Positions 22,901 through 36,509 of a stretch of DNA of 64,000 nt are shown piece by piece. The position numbers and the translations under genes were made by a program. Origin of the DNA: Squalus acanthias (taxonomy: Eukaryota); the NCBI GenBank assembly GCA_030390025.1, contig CM059440.1:32302001-32366000 (forward strand), given 5' to 3'. How positions within the stretch are numbered: position 1 is the stretch's first letter; every line of letters starts with the position of its first letter. A model generated the notes under the pieces. That model was not told the origin of the DNA. It saw only the letters and a program-made list of their open reading frames with translations, and made no database searches.

Positions 22901-25174
22901 AATGAGATAATCCACTTCCCCAATCTTTTTCTTTGAGACTGATATGCACACAGTTCTCCAGTTGAGATGGATGGCAACCGACCCCTTCCAGGCCCCTCTA
23001 TCTCTGCACATTCTGTAGCTAGGAGGCAGAGCTGCCTCTTCTAATGACCTTTCTACCTATCCCCAATGTGGGAAAGCCATCCTTCCACTTTGCACTTCCC
23101 ATTGGTTGCTGAACCAAGATGGGGAGTTTCCACTTGAAAAATCGCGAATGCAGAGGTTTAGTCCTACCACAGCCATGGTGTACCATGTGTCGCAATACTA
23201 GCTTGCACTAAGTTGTCTGGTCCTTGTATCATTGTTCTTGGACTACCATGCAGATAAATTGTATTGATTGCACAATAAAAATAGTAAGAGTCCTTGGGCT
23301 TCAATATGTGTTAAATAGACAGTGAAATAGATATATGTCCTGCAAATGACTGGCTGACAGTCCTTGAGTGGGTTAATTTAGCAATAAAATAGGCAAGTAG
23401 CTGTTGTGGATTGTGGCTAGTCTATCCTATAGCCTGTTATACACTGTAAATGGGCACTTTAAATAGCTGCCAGTCAGGGTTGCTGGAGTTTTCTCGTCGC
23501 TGAAGTCCTAGATAACATTGATGAGCTTTCAGCAGGGATTAGGAAACTCTCCTGTTTTATCTGTGCCTTGACCTTGTAGTGCCACGGTCCAGGCTCTAAA
23601 TAAAGAGCAGTCCAGGCAGTTCTAGAGTGGAGGGAACTATTTTTGAATGAAAGACCAAATGTTCCTTTAGCCTGTGTATTGTTGCACTCCTACTGAAGAA
23701 TATATCACACCTTGCATTTGGTGATTTATTAAAAATTATACAATTCCAATGCTGAAGAGAGAAATATGAATTCTGTAGAAATGTGAGGAACGACAAAAGA
23801 TGGTAATCAGCTATATAATTTTGTATTTAATATTTACTATTGTATCAGGATAAATTAAAAGGGATTTGTGATGCTAATGAAGTTTCTCCTGAATTCCTTA
23901 TTGGATTTATTTAGTTCAAAATGAATAATGCCAGATGTCTTGTCTTGCTGAACAAGTGATTACTATTCAAGTACAGTGTTTAAAAAAAGGTATCTCGTTG
24001 CGGTGGCTACTGCATCTATTTAGTCAGAGGGAGGAATGCTCTACAGTCATCAAAATGGGTCAGTTTGAAACGGTCCTTTTGCCAGTTGAATTAAGATAAT
24101 CTTGAAGATAGATGGCCAATGATGTTTTCTTCATTATTACAGATTTCAGTGTGCATTTTCTGCATTGCTGCTTCAGTGATGACATTCAGAAATTCACTTG
24201 GCGTTTCTGCTTCAGTGTGCTATCTTAAGAGTATATTTCTGTGCCTGTGTTTCTTTCCTTTTCCCCACATGTAGATCTGCAAATGCGCAAGAGTATTACA
24301 TTTCTGAATTCGAAGAAGCTGGCTTGGCTAATGCAGGCCAATGTGGCTCTGAGTATTTAGCAGCAGAGTAAAGGAAACAAGTTCCTACCTCTCAGGTCAA
24401 AATGCATCAAGCTAATGTGAATTTCCTGTTGATTTCTGTGTTATAGGGGTACCTAAACCATTCACTGTACTGGCAGTTTAATACTGCTTGGTGTGAAAAC
24501 TAAATTGGGCCAGTGGCGAATGTAAGCACTGTTGGGATTATCTGGAATGACGTGTGTTTTTAGTAGAAAAAATTACATGAGACGAGTTTTAAAACAGACT
24601 GTGGATTGATTTTTGTTCCTGAATCCTGCTTTTAATTGATACATAATTGTTTTGATGGTTGGCCTATTTGCCCCTCTTGATACTTCCAGTCTTTCAGGTC
24701 TAAGATTGGTACCCTGCAGCTCTGGAGTGCGACTACTGTTGAAGATTTGCGTCAGTGATTTCTACACAAGTTGCAGACTGGTGAAGCGCGAGACAGTGTA
24801 TAGATTGAAAACATTAGCTTTGTCTGAAGTTCCTTTCAACATTCTGTGTAGTTTCTCCAACAATATTAGCCACTGTTGGCCTGTATTTCAAAAGTACTCC
24901 CTATTGAGAGATACTTTGCACATCGACTTCTCTTGAATAGTTGGATTTAAGTAAGCAGAAGTCTCATGCTGCAAGTGTCTGATGTTTTATAGGTTGCACA
25001 GATGTTTGAGGTTGTCCCATTTTAACTTGATGACAATTAGAGACCAACCTACCAAGGGACCACGGATCAGAAGAGTATTGTTTGGTCTAATGCAATTAGA
25101 GAAAATTAAGTAACTGTGTAATTGGTAACATTGTTCTTCTAAGCGTAAATATGATGTGTGCATTGGTAAAATAT

Positions 25175-25475
25175 AGGCTTGGATTTTGCCTTTGAAATCC
25201 ACCGCAAGTTCGGGATTTCCGCATGCGTGCGGAAATCTGGAACTTGCGGTCTGTCAACGTACGCGTTGACAAGCCATCTGCACTGCCCACGAGAAAGCAA
25301 TTGCTGCCGCAGTATTTGCCCACTGACTGGCCAACAATTGAGCACGGACATGTTACGGGTGATGCAAAGCCTGTTTGCATCAGCATAAGGGGATACCTCG
25401 GGCATGATTGAAACATTTTCTATCGCAAATTATACACATACGCTGTTTCAAATGAGTTTCTGCAAATATTGGCCC
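25175..25475. mobile_element. Short TIR element, same terminal type
   Basis: aggcttggattttgc...gcaaatattggccc. CpG-rich interior (cgcatgcgtgcggaaatc) resembles 22180-22230. Confidence 0.5.
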
Positions 25476-25659
25476 GGATTAGAGTTTTAATATTGAAAAT
25501 TATCAAAAAATTCAATTTTTAGTGAAGTTGGTGGAATGAAGCTAATTACGAATTAAATTCCAATTCTGTAAATTGTAATTATATCAGATTTCGGAATTCC
25601 ATTACATCTCATTATGGGATTCCCTTCGGAAATGATTAAAATCAAAGTCTGCTTTGTGA

Positions 25660-25857
25660 TTGGAGGGCCAGACCCACGTGATCCCAGGTAGGCTACCGCC
25701 TGCGTCCCTGGGATCCGTGGGCCATTACGCTGCCCTCCACCTCACAGCGTCAGACCGCAAGTTTCCGCAGCCTCGCCGCCATCAGGTAGGTGCGTAATTC
25801 TTTTGTGGGTCAGAGGCATACTCCGGAGGTACGCCTCCGACCGCAATTTTTGGCCCA
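25660..25857. mobile_element. Terminal fragment related to the 44.2-kb TIR element
   Basis: Ends caatttttggccc. Contains tgcgtccctgggatccgtgggccat, similar to 44386-44413. Confidence 0.5.
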
Positions 25858-25864
25858 TAATTTA

Positions 25865-26110
25865 TGGCTGTATGAACTGTTAAAGGTGGGTAGATTTTGG
25901 GAATGGATAAGAAATTGGCTGAAGAGTAGGAAACAATGGGTACTTGTTGGAGGAATCATGTCCGAGTTGGGGGATAGTACTGAGTGGGTGGCCCCAGGGC
26001 TCAGTGTTGGGACCACTACTGTTCCTAATTTACATCTGTCTTGAACTCAAGAACTCATTTGCAAATTTGACCAATTTGCATTGATGCCAAACTAAGAGGT
26101 GCAGTGGAAA
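25865..26110 (+). mobile_element. Decayed CR1-type RT fragment
   Basis: WIRNWLKSRKQWV and (PQ)GSVLGPLLFLIYI-like motifs. Confidence 0.65.
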
Positions 26111-27289
26111 CAATGCAGCACTCCACAGCACTGCACTGAATTGTCAGCCTAGACTATGGCTGTATATAGTGACACCACTATTCCTGGCCTGGCACTGCTA
26201 TAAGTAACTGGGATTAATTTTATGCACATAATTTATATTGTATAACTATCCTCCACTCACTGCATTTTTCTCGAGAAATCATCCTGCTTTTATCGGGAGA
26301 AATTACTGTAGTTTCGGACATGAGTTGTGTTTTGCAGTAATTCATAGAGACTCATAGTAAGTCCCGCCCCACCTCCAACTCATTGGCTGACACAGTGCAA
26401 CTCATTGGCTGACATTAGATTATGTTCAAGACCTGGAGTGGGGCTTGAATCCACAACCTTTTTGACTGCGGTGAGAGTGCAATAAGTGGATTGTGTTACA
26501 GATTGATGCATCTTCATTTTGCTTAAATGTCAAACGATATGCAAGTAAAAGCAAGAAATTCACAATTGGCTTACATTGCTATTGAGAGCAAGGTAACAAT
26601 ATATGTTGTATTATCTAGCAGACTTAATCCAAGTTCTCTGAACATTGTCCACCTCCTCAGATGAGAGACTTTCCTTTAACAGCGTGATAACTAATAAAAT
26701 GCATATTTTCTGATTTACAAATGTTTGCTACTTTGCAGTTAAAAATGCAAATTAATGAACACATTATGTTTTTTGTTGTGGTGTGCACTGCATACTTAGT
26801 CTCTCCAATGGTTGTGGACATCGTTTTTGCATTTCTTTGAGAATCTAAGTTCAGATGCAATTATACAGCTAAATTCAAATTGAGCATATTGGGATAAAGT
26901 TTAGAGATCCCACCTGATTTGGAAACTTTTTGGTTTTTAAGATGGGCATTTTATTTGTGGTCCTATGGGCAATTAAACTTCGTGCATTAAATTACAAGAT
27001 CATTTTGTTCAAAATGGAAAACTAATTTCATACAGCTGTCAGATTTCAAAAAGTATATGAAAAATGAAAGTGTAACAATCTGTTTATAATTTAAAATAAA
27101 TTTACTTTGGGATTACCAAAATAGTGCTAAAGCATGCAAATGGCAATTTTCAGATTGGTGGCTTCACTATCCTGTGGTAATATACTGCAGTAAACCACCT
27201 TAGAAGCTCTGGGGCAGACATCGCCATTTACATTGTAAGTTATGGAAAACTACAAAATCCCAAAATAGTTTATTAGAGCATAAGGCTGT

Positions 27290-27780
27290 TCTATCCCGAG
27301 CTGAGCTTCCGACCCTATTTTGTCTCTATCACAAAGACTGTCTACTTCCACCTCGTAACATCATCCACCTCCACCCCTATCTCAGCCTCTCTGCCGCTGA
27401 AACCCTCATTCACACTTTTATTGCCTCCAGACTCAACTATTCCAGCGCTCTTCTGACCGATCTTTCATCCACCACCCTCTAAACTTCAGCCCATCCAAAA
27501 CTTTACTGCACATATGCCACCCTGCCGAGTCTTGCATGTACATCACCGCTGTCCTCACTGACCTACTTTGGTTCTTGGCTCCCCAATTTAAAATTTTTAT
27601 TCTCATGTTTAAATCCTTCATGGCCTCACTCCTCATTATTTCTGTAACCTCCTCCAGCCCTACAAACCGCCTCTCTCCAGAGCGCTCTATTCCTCTGTAT
27701 CTGTCCCCTTGTGCATCCCCCTCCTTCCCTTTGTTCCACCATTGGTGGCTGTGTCTTTAGCTACCTCTCCCTACCCTCTA
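27290..27780 (+). mobile_element. L2-type LINE 3' fragment
   Basis: AAETLIHTFIASRLNYSSAL-like coding, and tttaaaatttttattctcatgtttaaatcc shared with the L2 at 53.0-53.4 kb. Confidence 0.75.
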
Positions 27781-30744
27781 CCCCTTTCCCCAATTAGGTC
27801 ATCAGCATTCACTGTTTAAACAAATTATTCAAAGTTATCGTCCGAAATAAATGGGGAAATAAACAAAAGGATCTTAAAATTTGACCATGATTCATGTAAT
27901 TATTTTAATTTAAAACCCTTTGCAGATGGTAAGACAGTCTCTTTAAAGTGGACCCATTCCTATGGCCCTTGAAATGCTGTTGTATGTCTTCGTAACAGCT
28001 GCAATTTGTATTTGGTTATCACTGCAAAGAACATTTTGAATTGAGTGGGTAGAATAAAGTATAGTATATACAGCTCAGTAATGCTTTATTCATGTCAGAC
28101 AGCACTATGTTACACAATAATGTCCAATCCAAATTCCATCGAGGTGATGTAGAGAATGGCAGGACCAGGCATTCAAAAATAAATGGCTCTGTCGCAACGT
28201 TTAACTTCAACTATAAAATGGTGTCATTTTGAAGGGTTGAGTGAAAGTAACCATTTTGTAATTTAGTCAGAATTTTGTTTAATTATATAACTAAAACCAG
28301 AGATAAGCAACTGGAAGCTAAAATGGAGCCTTTCATTGTAGAACAAAGCTGATTCAGTTCACTGTACATCTACAGGGATCTGTCTTTCTCATCTTGAGAT
28401 TTTCTACTGTTCAAATCTTGTTCTCATTCCTTTGATCCTTTAATATAATCAAAATGTCCAGGTCTAGGCTGCCATTGAAGATGATGCAAGCACAGTGTGC
28501 TAAGCAATGCATTTTGGATTTACACATTTATCGTACCTCTTGGTGCGAATGATCAGAGATGACTGCGATTTTATCCCACTCTTGCCTGTTTACTTGTAAA
28601 AATGATCAACAATGGCAGAAGTAGCAGAAATAACGGCAAGAAGAATCCACGAGGTTCATCAAATTGTTTGCAAAGTAGATTTTATCAGAAACAAGAAATA
28701 GTTTCCAAATAAAGGTATAAAGTGAGGCATTGAAATGATTAAATTATGAGCTTGTAAAAATGCAGAAACAGTCTGATTAGCCAGTGTCCTGTTCCAGTGT
28801 TCCCATAATTACGTCTTGTGAAGGTCATATTTATTCCTGCTAATCCCTACTATTTTCTTAATATGCCCTAGTTTATTTTGTTTAGTTCCAGTGTCTATAT
28901 TAGGCACTTTTCTGAAAACATTGTATTAACATGAGCAGAATTTACAGTAGTTGAAGATGTGAAAGTTTAAAACCAGTTATTTCCCATTTTCTTCTGTGTA
29001 TATTTTTACTTTTATCCTGAATTTAGTGGAATTTTTGAAAATGATAAATTTATAAAAGTACTAATTGTTTCCACTTTGACCTTTCTCTCATTTGTGCTCT
29101 AACCTTTTCTGTCTTGCTCTTTCTTCTAAATTGAGGTGCTGAATTTAGGCCATGTGTCACTCATTAGCAGTGATGGGCACTCGTTTTGATTTAAAATGTG
29201 CCATATTTTAATGTATGCAACTCTTAGAAATAAATAGCTCCATATGTTCAAATGGAAGCTGCGTCACCCTTAGGCTGCAATTATACTGCAGTTATAGACC
29301 TGACACACGTATCCACTGATGCAGTTGGCAGACCTGTTTATCGTGTAGAATAACCTCAGGCTAACTGGCACCCAGGTGCAGCGAGAATGGATTTCATTGC
29401 ATGTGCACCGCTCAGCTTGCCCAGAAGATCATTTTTAATTTTAGAGAGCAGTGAGGCTGTCTGCTTTCTAGGAATTTCAGAAACGCTCTAGTCAAAGTTT
29501 TGAAAGTTGCCGTGAGGTTCAGTGTACTGCCCGAGCTTTTGAAATGTGGTTGTGCACGAGACTGGAGTTGTAGCACAGTTGGTGTGAACTCAATGGAAGA
29601 GGTTTCTCTACTTGGATTTAATGCGCTCTGTTGTCAGATAGGGCCTGCTGCCTGAGTTAAGCTGCTACCAGAACCACTTCACATCAACATGAAAATGGCA
29701 GTGTAACTGCGCCCTTTCTGATCATAAAACATCACTGCTAACATTTTCTTACTATTGATAGCTCTGTCTAAAACAAAGATGTGAGATAGTAAAATGTAAG
29801 TAAACTACTTACTTTTTTTAATTAATTAGAATCATGAATTTGGTTCCTACTTGTCCTGCAGTATACAGCTCTTGTACTACTACTCTGTTGTTGAGGGAGG
29901 GGTGTTGGGCTTACTGCCTGTGATCGCTAATGACCAGTCATTTATATCTCAGTTTGAACTCTTTGGGAACTGGATTATATATTTCTGTACCACACAGCTA
30001 CAAAAAAAGTTTGAATTTTACAATAAAAATATGGACATAGATCTTATCTTATGCCTCATATGTTGTTCCCTCTGTGTTCCATGCTACTTAGCATTAGGAT
30101 TTTGTGCACTGTTGAGTCATAAAAAATTGAAATTGTTTTAATGGCCCACATTTCAATATTTATACAGATTGAGATCATTGGGAGATGTTCAGTGTAATTA
30201 CAATTTTAAGAGTTTTATTTTTTATATGAATTTCAAACTATTGACATTTTGAAGTAATTTTTTGGTCATGTTTACGTTATTTATTTTAAAGAAAAATATG
30301 ACTGATTTTACTATAAAATATGTTCATCATTTAGACTAGGCTTTGGTTTACCTTCCTTTGAATGGTATGAAAGTGAACCTCAGACTTGCACTTGTTTCCC
30401 TCATGGTTAAGTAGCATTGTACGAAATGGATATAAATCAGATGGTTTTGGTCAAGGAAATACAGTGCATGAATAAAGATTTGATCCAGAAGCAGAAAGTT
30501 AGTCATTCAAATTCTGTTTTTTTAACTGCTGAATCTATTGGCCGATGCTTATTTGTGTCAGAAAATTATTTTACTGATAAAATTATTTCCATCTGAAGAT
30601 ATTTTATAAAAAGTTATGCTCCTGTCAGAATTCTGAAGTCATATTGCATTAAATGGAAATGTACAGATTTATCAGACATTTTCCTCATATTAAGCTTAAA
30701 CTTGTATTGAATTTAAAATTTTAGCAACTCACCGAAAGTAAAGA

Positions 30745-31150
30745 AAGAGCTTGTATTGATTTTGCATTTTTCATTTTTCATGTCCTCAAGCGCTTCACAG
30801 CCGAAGAAGAATTTTTGAAGTGCAGCCACTATTGTAATGTTGTCAAACATGGCAGCCAAGTTGCTCAGCAACAAGAAAAATGACCATAAAATCTGTTTTA
30901 ATGGTTGAGGAACAAGGGTTGGCCAGGATGCTGGGAGAATTCCCCTGCTTTTCTTTGAATAGTGCCATAGGATCTTTTATGTCCACCTGAGCAGGCAAAC
31001 CAGGCCTTGTTTTAACATATGGTCCAAAAGACGGCACCTCTGACAGTGCAGCATTCCCTCAGTACTGCATTGCAGTGTCAGCCTGGGTTATGTGCTTAAT
31101 GTCTGGAGCAGGGCTTTCAGACAGGTGATACTGCTATCAATAAGCCAAGT
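30745..31150 (-). mobile_element. Deu-domain SINE copy
   Basis: agtgccataggatcttttatgtccacctgagcaggcaaac...aaagacggcacctctgacagtgcagcattccctcagtactgca. Same family as 13.7 kb. Confidence 0.8.
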
Positions 31151-31282
31151 AGTTCAGCATCTCCCCTTCTTGAAATGCCCGAACTAATGCACAAGTCACA
31201 AATTTGAGTAATTAAGTCCCTTTTTTGTGCAAGATAAATCTCTAACAGGTATGTAGGTATAGTGATGTGCCAGAAAAAAGTG

Positions 31283-32075
31283 AAGTTATTCACTTTGGTA
31301 GGAAGAATAAAAAAACAATATTTTTTAAATGGTGAGAAACTATTAAATGTTGGTGTTCAGAGGGATTTGGGTGCCCTTGTACACAAAACACTGAAAGTTA
31401 ACATGCAGGTACAGCAAGCAATTAGGAAGGCAAATGGTATGTTGGTCTTTATTGCAAGGGGGTTGGAGTACAAGAGTAAGGAACTTTTGCTGCAATTGTA
31501 CAGGGCTTTGGTGAGATTAAACCTGGAGCACTGTGTACAGTTTTGGTTTCTGTACCTAAGGAAGGATATACTTGCCTTAGAGGAGGTGCTTTGAAGGTTC
31601 ACTAGATTGATTCCTGGGATGAGAGGATTGTCGTATGAGGAGAGATTGAGTAGAATGGGTCTATACTCTGAAGGTTAGAAGAATGAGAGGTGATCTCATT
31701 GAAACATACAAGATTCTGAGAGGGCTTGATTGGGTAGATGCGGAGAGGCTGTTTCCCCTGGCTGGAGAATCTAGAACTCGGGGGCATAGTCTTAGAATAA
31801 GGGATCGGCCATTTAGGACTGAGATGATGAGAAATTTCTTCACTCAGAAGGTTGCGAATCTTTGGAATTCCCTACTCCAGATGCTCAGTCATTGAGTATA
31901 TTCAGGGCTGAGATCGATAGATTTTTGGACTCTTAAGAGAATTGAGGACAAGGGGATAGGACAAGAAAGTGGAGTTGAGGTTTAAGATCAGTTGTGATCT
32001 TATTGAATGGCGGAGCAGGCTCGAAGGATCGTATGGTCTCCGCCTGCTCCAATTTCTTATGTTCTTTTGTTCTTA
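31283..32075 (+). mobile_element. CR1 LINE 3' end (ORF2 C-terminus + 3' UTR)
   Basis: QRDLGALVH...ANGML...LYRALVRLNLEHCVQFW, RGDLIETYKIL and RTRGHSLRI. Ends in (gttctt)n-like tail. Confidence 0.92.
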
Positions 32076-32290
32076 AACTAATGCAGACAAGATTGCGACA
32101 AAAATAGATTGTCCTTGATCACCCAAAATGAAGATCTCACTGCCAAAAGTCTGCATTAGTTTTGCTTCCCATTCACCTTTGCCTTCACGTGTAGAAAGAT
32201 GTTTTTGCACATTTATGTTTTGTGCTATTATTTAAGCAGAAAATAGAGGAGAGTACCAGCTTCATTCAAAAAGGCAATAATCTTTAATTT

Positions 32291-32435
32291 GTGACCACTT
32301 AATTCAGTTAGCAACACTCTTGTCTCTGGATCAGATGGTTGCGAGTTCAAGACCCATTCTGGGACTTGAGCATGGAATCTAGGTTAACGTTCCCACACGA
32401 TACTGAGGGAATGTTGTATTGTCAAAAGTGCCCAT
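32291..32435 (+). mobile_element. tRNA-derived SINE head (Deu-SINE 5' part)
   Basis: A-box/B-box-like ttcagttagc...gagttcaagacc followed by tactgagggaatgttgtattgtca, the complement of the SINE at 31040-31140. Confidence 0.55.
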
Positions 32436-33509
32436 TGCACTTGGGCATTTCCCCAACACCTTTTTCCTGTGCAAATGTGTTGACAACAGTTTCCATAAGC
32501 AAACTGACTGAATCAAAACATGCATCTTTCTTCCCTGCTGTACTTAATTCTAATCACAATAAATTATAGAAAGATACGTAGAATGACTGACTAATTCATC
32601 CCTTATTGCTTCCAATGATAGAATATACTATAATATGAGACTTTATGCCCTCTAAAACTGCTAGTCAAATTTTTTTACAAGTTAATATAATGCACAGAAA
32701 CAAAAAGTTGTGGGCGTTATGCTATATGTTACAAACATCAAATCTGCAATAAATCAAAATGGAGTCTGAACTCATCCGGCTTTTCTTGGAAAGCTCTTCG
32801 AAAGGCCCAATATCTGACGGTACCTATTTAAGGTCACTGCTTACAGACCTTTCTCCATCCCTTTTCTGGTGTAGAATCATAATGAACAGAAAAAGAGCAG
32901 CTACAAAGCCTGATATTTATATGTTGGAGCCCTTTTATGTACAAATAGCATCTTTGAAAATTGTCTGTAACAAATAGAAACTCAACAAACTGATATCATA
33001 GCATCATAAAATGATACAGCACATTCGGCCCATCGTGCCTGTGCTTATCTCCGTAAGCAATGAGGTTGATAGCCTAGGGATCATGGCTTCTTACTGGTGT
33101 TTACACGTTTCAACTAGATTGCCTTTAACAGCTTGCAACAGTTGGAAATTACATTTTTAGACTTGCCACCAAAATTAATTCTCACAAAATAAACAAACAG
33201 TGGGCTGCCTTTTGGGTAGCGAGACATGGTTATTAAAAAGCAAAAGTACATTAACATTGAATAATTTGATGAGAGCTATTTGCATTGCAGCAAGCCCATG
33301 TGTATTGTCTAACCACAGACTACCTTTGTTACAGACCAAAGGAAATTATGCGAAGATACCCTGGAGATGCAGTTGGCTGATGTCTTTAATAAGAATGCAC
33401 CATAACTATGTAAAAGTGTACAGAACCAAAGTAACAAACATCCTGCTTTTGTCCCTGTGCCGACCTTTGGGTGAGCCATTAGATCAAAGGCTGCCCTGAC
33501 TGTTCCAGT

Positions 33510-33765
33510 AGTTGAGGTGGATTTTTAAAGAACCCTGTAGCATTTTTTTTGAAAGGAACAAGGAGTTCTCCCAGTGTTCTGACTGAGATTTCTTCCTCGG
33601 GCATTACCACCAAAAAACAATTAACCGATCATTCATCTCCTTGCTGATTGTGAGGTTTTGTGTGCAAAACGGCTGCCATGTTTGTGCAAATTAAAAGTAA
33701 TTCATTATATGTGAAGTGATTAGCAACATTTCTATGAGCTATCATTACATGCTATATAAATGGAG
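33510..33765 (+). mobile_element. Deu-SINE 3' half
   Basis: ggagttctcccagtgttctgactgag...aaacggctgccatgtttg...gctatataaatg. Complement of 30750-30970. Confidence 0.6.
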
Positions 33766-34706
33766 TCTATCTTTTTAATTTATATATTTCCAGAGTGTTT
33801 AACTCTTCAGGTTTTAGTTTGCGTAAGATCTGCCACATTCCCCAGTCATACCTGCAATATGAGGCCAGCTGTGAGTCCAACTCCCAAAATAAAAGGAATG
33901 AGTGAAGTTTGCATAGTGTGGCCTTTTCCATAACCCTTTGCTTCATGGAACATCTATCAATCTTTTTCCAAAGGATGAGTGAAAATATCACATTTCACTA
34001 CAATTTAAAAAAAATGAATATCTAACCTTTAAAGAAAAAAATTGCAGTATAATTTGGGAACCAATGTGAAGAATGTGGTAAATTGTAAGTATGCTGCAAA
34101 TTAGTGTGTGGAGCTGTGTTGCAGCATGCTGTGCAGTGATTCCAGACCACAGCCGCTCTGTAGCTGATAAAACCAGGGGCACGACACAGACATCTGGTTT
34201 CCTCTTTGGAACATGGATAAAACATTGATCTTTTACCAACGAGAGACAAGACCTGGTCTGTTCTGTCAAGAGTTCTGACCAGACTTGAGGTTTTTTATCC
34301 CAGTCTCTGCTTATTGTTTTAACCGTTAGCTTGCATTAAATGTTATTATAACACCAGCTTCATCATCTGCAGTAAGTACAGAACAGATACAACCTGGTGT
34401 AAAGAGACTGTTTTACTCTATATTAATTTGTTTCACTGTTTAAAGCAATGGTGTTAATGATGCATTGAACTGAAATGCAAGCTTTTACTAATGGCTGACT
34501 TTCTCTTTACATTAAGTGTTTCATCTATGTACAGTACATGACATCTTTAATGTATTACTGTACAGACCAGCTACACAACTCCATTGTTGGTTAGAAATAT
34601 AATACAAAATAGTAGTTGGGGTTCATGCTGACTGAAAATTCAAATGCCGTTGCATGCTATCACCTACAGAGTTAAGAATGTCTACCAACAGATGTAACCT
34701 ACACTA

Positions 34707-35112
34707 CAGGAAACTCTTTATTAACCGGCACCGACGGGACCGGCGTGGTGCCGGTTGATCGAAAGTTCCGGATAACGGAGAGTTATATCTACCGAGGCTA
34801 TTTTTAACAAAGAAAAATAAATAAATCAAGAAATGTGCAGTATACTTCCGACAGCGCCAGGAGGCCGAGTAGTGGCACTTTTGAAAACTACCCCTACTGA
34901 CTAAATCGGCGTTCGCGGACTCTGACTCGGACTCGGGATCGGCAACATTGCCGGTTATTTGAGAGGAGTTTTCGGAGTACTCTGCGTTCGCGGAGACTCG
35001 ACTGCGACTCGGCAACATTGCCGGTTATTTGAGAGGAGTTTTCGGAGGATGATTTTTGCCGGTTAAGCGAGAATTCCGGATATTTGGGTGCCGGATAAAC
35101 AAGAGTTTCCTG
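34707..35112. mobile_element. Tc1/mariner-pogo (Tigger-like) MITE with TA TSD
   Basis: TA|caggaaactctttattaaccggcacc ... ggtgccggataaacaagagtttcctg|TA. Internal ~70-bp tandem duplication. Confidence 0.88.
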
Positions 35113-36509
35113 TACATATTTTGATTTAGCTTGTCATTTATCCCTATGCACGCACCTTCTTGACACATGGGAGAGTGACAATAGTAAAATGGCGACTCTC
35201 CTTGCAAGGTATTTTTTCTTCTTGCTCCCTTTTTGGTCACCCATGTTATTCACCCTCTGTGGATGAGGGTATGTGATCTGCTCCCAGGCTTCCCCCACCC
35301 CCGCTTCCTGCTCTGGAATTGGCTGGTCAAGGATGTGTGGAAAGGGTTCTTCCATCTGTTCCTCGTCCTGTTTGTTCAGTCAGGGGTGGGAACCTCTTGT
35401 GTAGTAAATTATAGGCTTGAATCTGTGTTGTTTGTGGTAGGGAGTCAGCACACTAACATGTTGTACTACTGAACTGCCCTTTTGTTAAACACTTTAGTTA
35501 TAATACTTTCTTTAAAAATCACTGATGTGTAGCTGTACTATTGCCAATATTTTCCCCTCTGCAATAGTTTCATTGAATTATATAAACGCGTTCATGAATT
35601 TGTTAAGAAGGGACAATAGGCTGAATCCTTTAATAAAATGAGGGGGGAAACTGAAAAGTATATACTGTACGTGTCCATTTTATTGCCAGTTCTGGCCATA
35701 ATAGAAATATGAAACACAATGCTTCTTGCCCCAGGCTATCTGCTGTTGTACTTGATTTCAGTGTGAAAATGAAGCATAAACACAAGTTGCCTACACAACC
35801 GAAGCTTGCAGCTAACAAGTTTCCCTTTATTTGATAGATTTTGTTTTTACATGCACACAGAAACATTGACAAATGACTTGCTTGTAGAAAACATTCCAGG
35901 AGATAAATTATAAAAAGCATTATCCATATGAGAATTTAATGTGTTGGGCAAATCGCAGAAGGTACTTGCAGGTCACCTGCTTCAAAATTGTATTTTGGTC
36001 AGTGTTTTGTAGAGAACAGGCTTGACTGAAGTTGGGATGGAAGAGGACTTTACTTATTTGAAACTTTTTTCAGTGACCGTTTAACTTCTGTGGCAGTAAG
36101 GCGCTGATTAGATTAACTGGCATTTGTACAAATTATCGGTTGTTTAAATACTACAGCCGCACGGATTTCTCCAGGGTTACATCAGTGTAAGGTTTCAAAG
36201 AGGGCTATCTTTTTAAAAAAAAAATAAAACTGGCCACAATTCAACATCTCCTGTGCTGGAGGAAAAGTTGAGCTACATTGTACTAGATTTGCTTCATGTT
36301 CAGTATATATTATAATCTATCTGTAATTTTCCCTTTTTTAGTTTTCGAGGAGAACAGCTGAGATGTTTTGAGCAATTCTTAGAACCAAACTTAGAGGTGC
36401 ACCATCATTGTAAAAATTATCTGTCAAGCTATCTTTCTTCTTTCTCAGAAGCATAACACAGTGTAGAACATGTAATTGGGCAGCTTGTCCCAGGATGTAA
36501 TTGCAACAA

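Noticed and set aside
32291-32370. Possible tRNA gene
   Set aside because: No clean cloverleaf, and it continues directly into SINE body sequence.
34909-35047. Repeat-spacer-repeat pattern resembling CRISPR
   Set aside because: Only two units, the 'spacers' are homologous to each other, and it lies inside a TA-flanked MITE in a eukaryotic intron.
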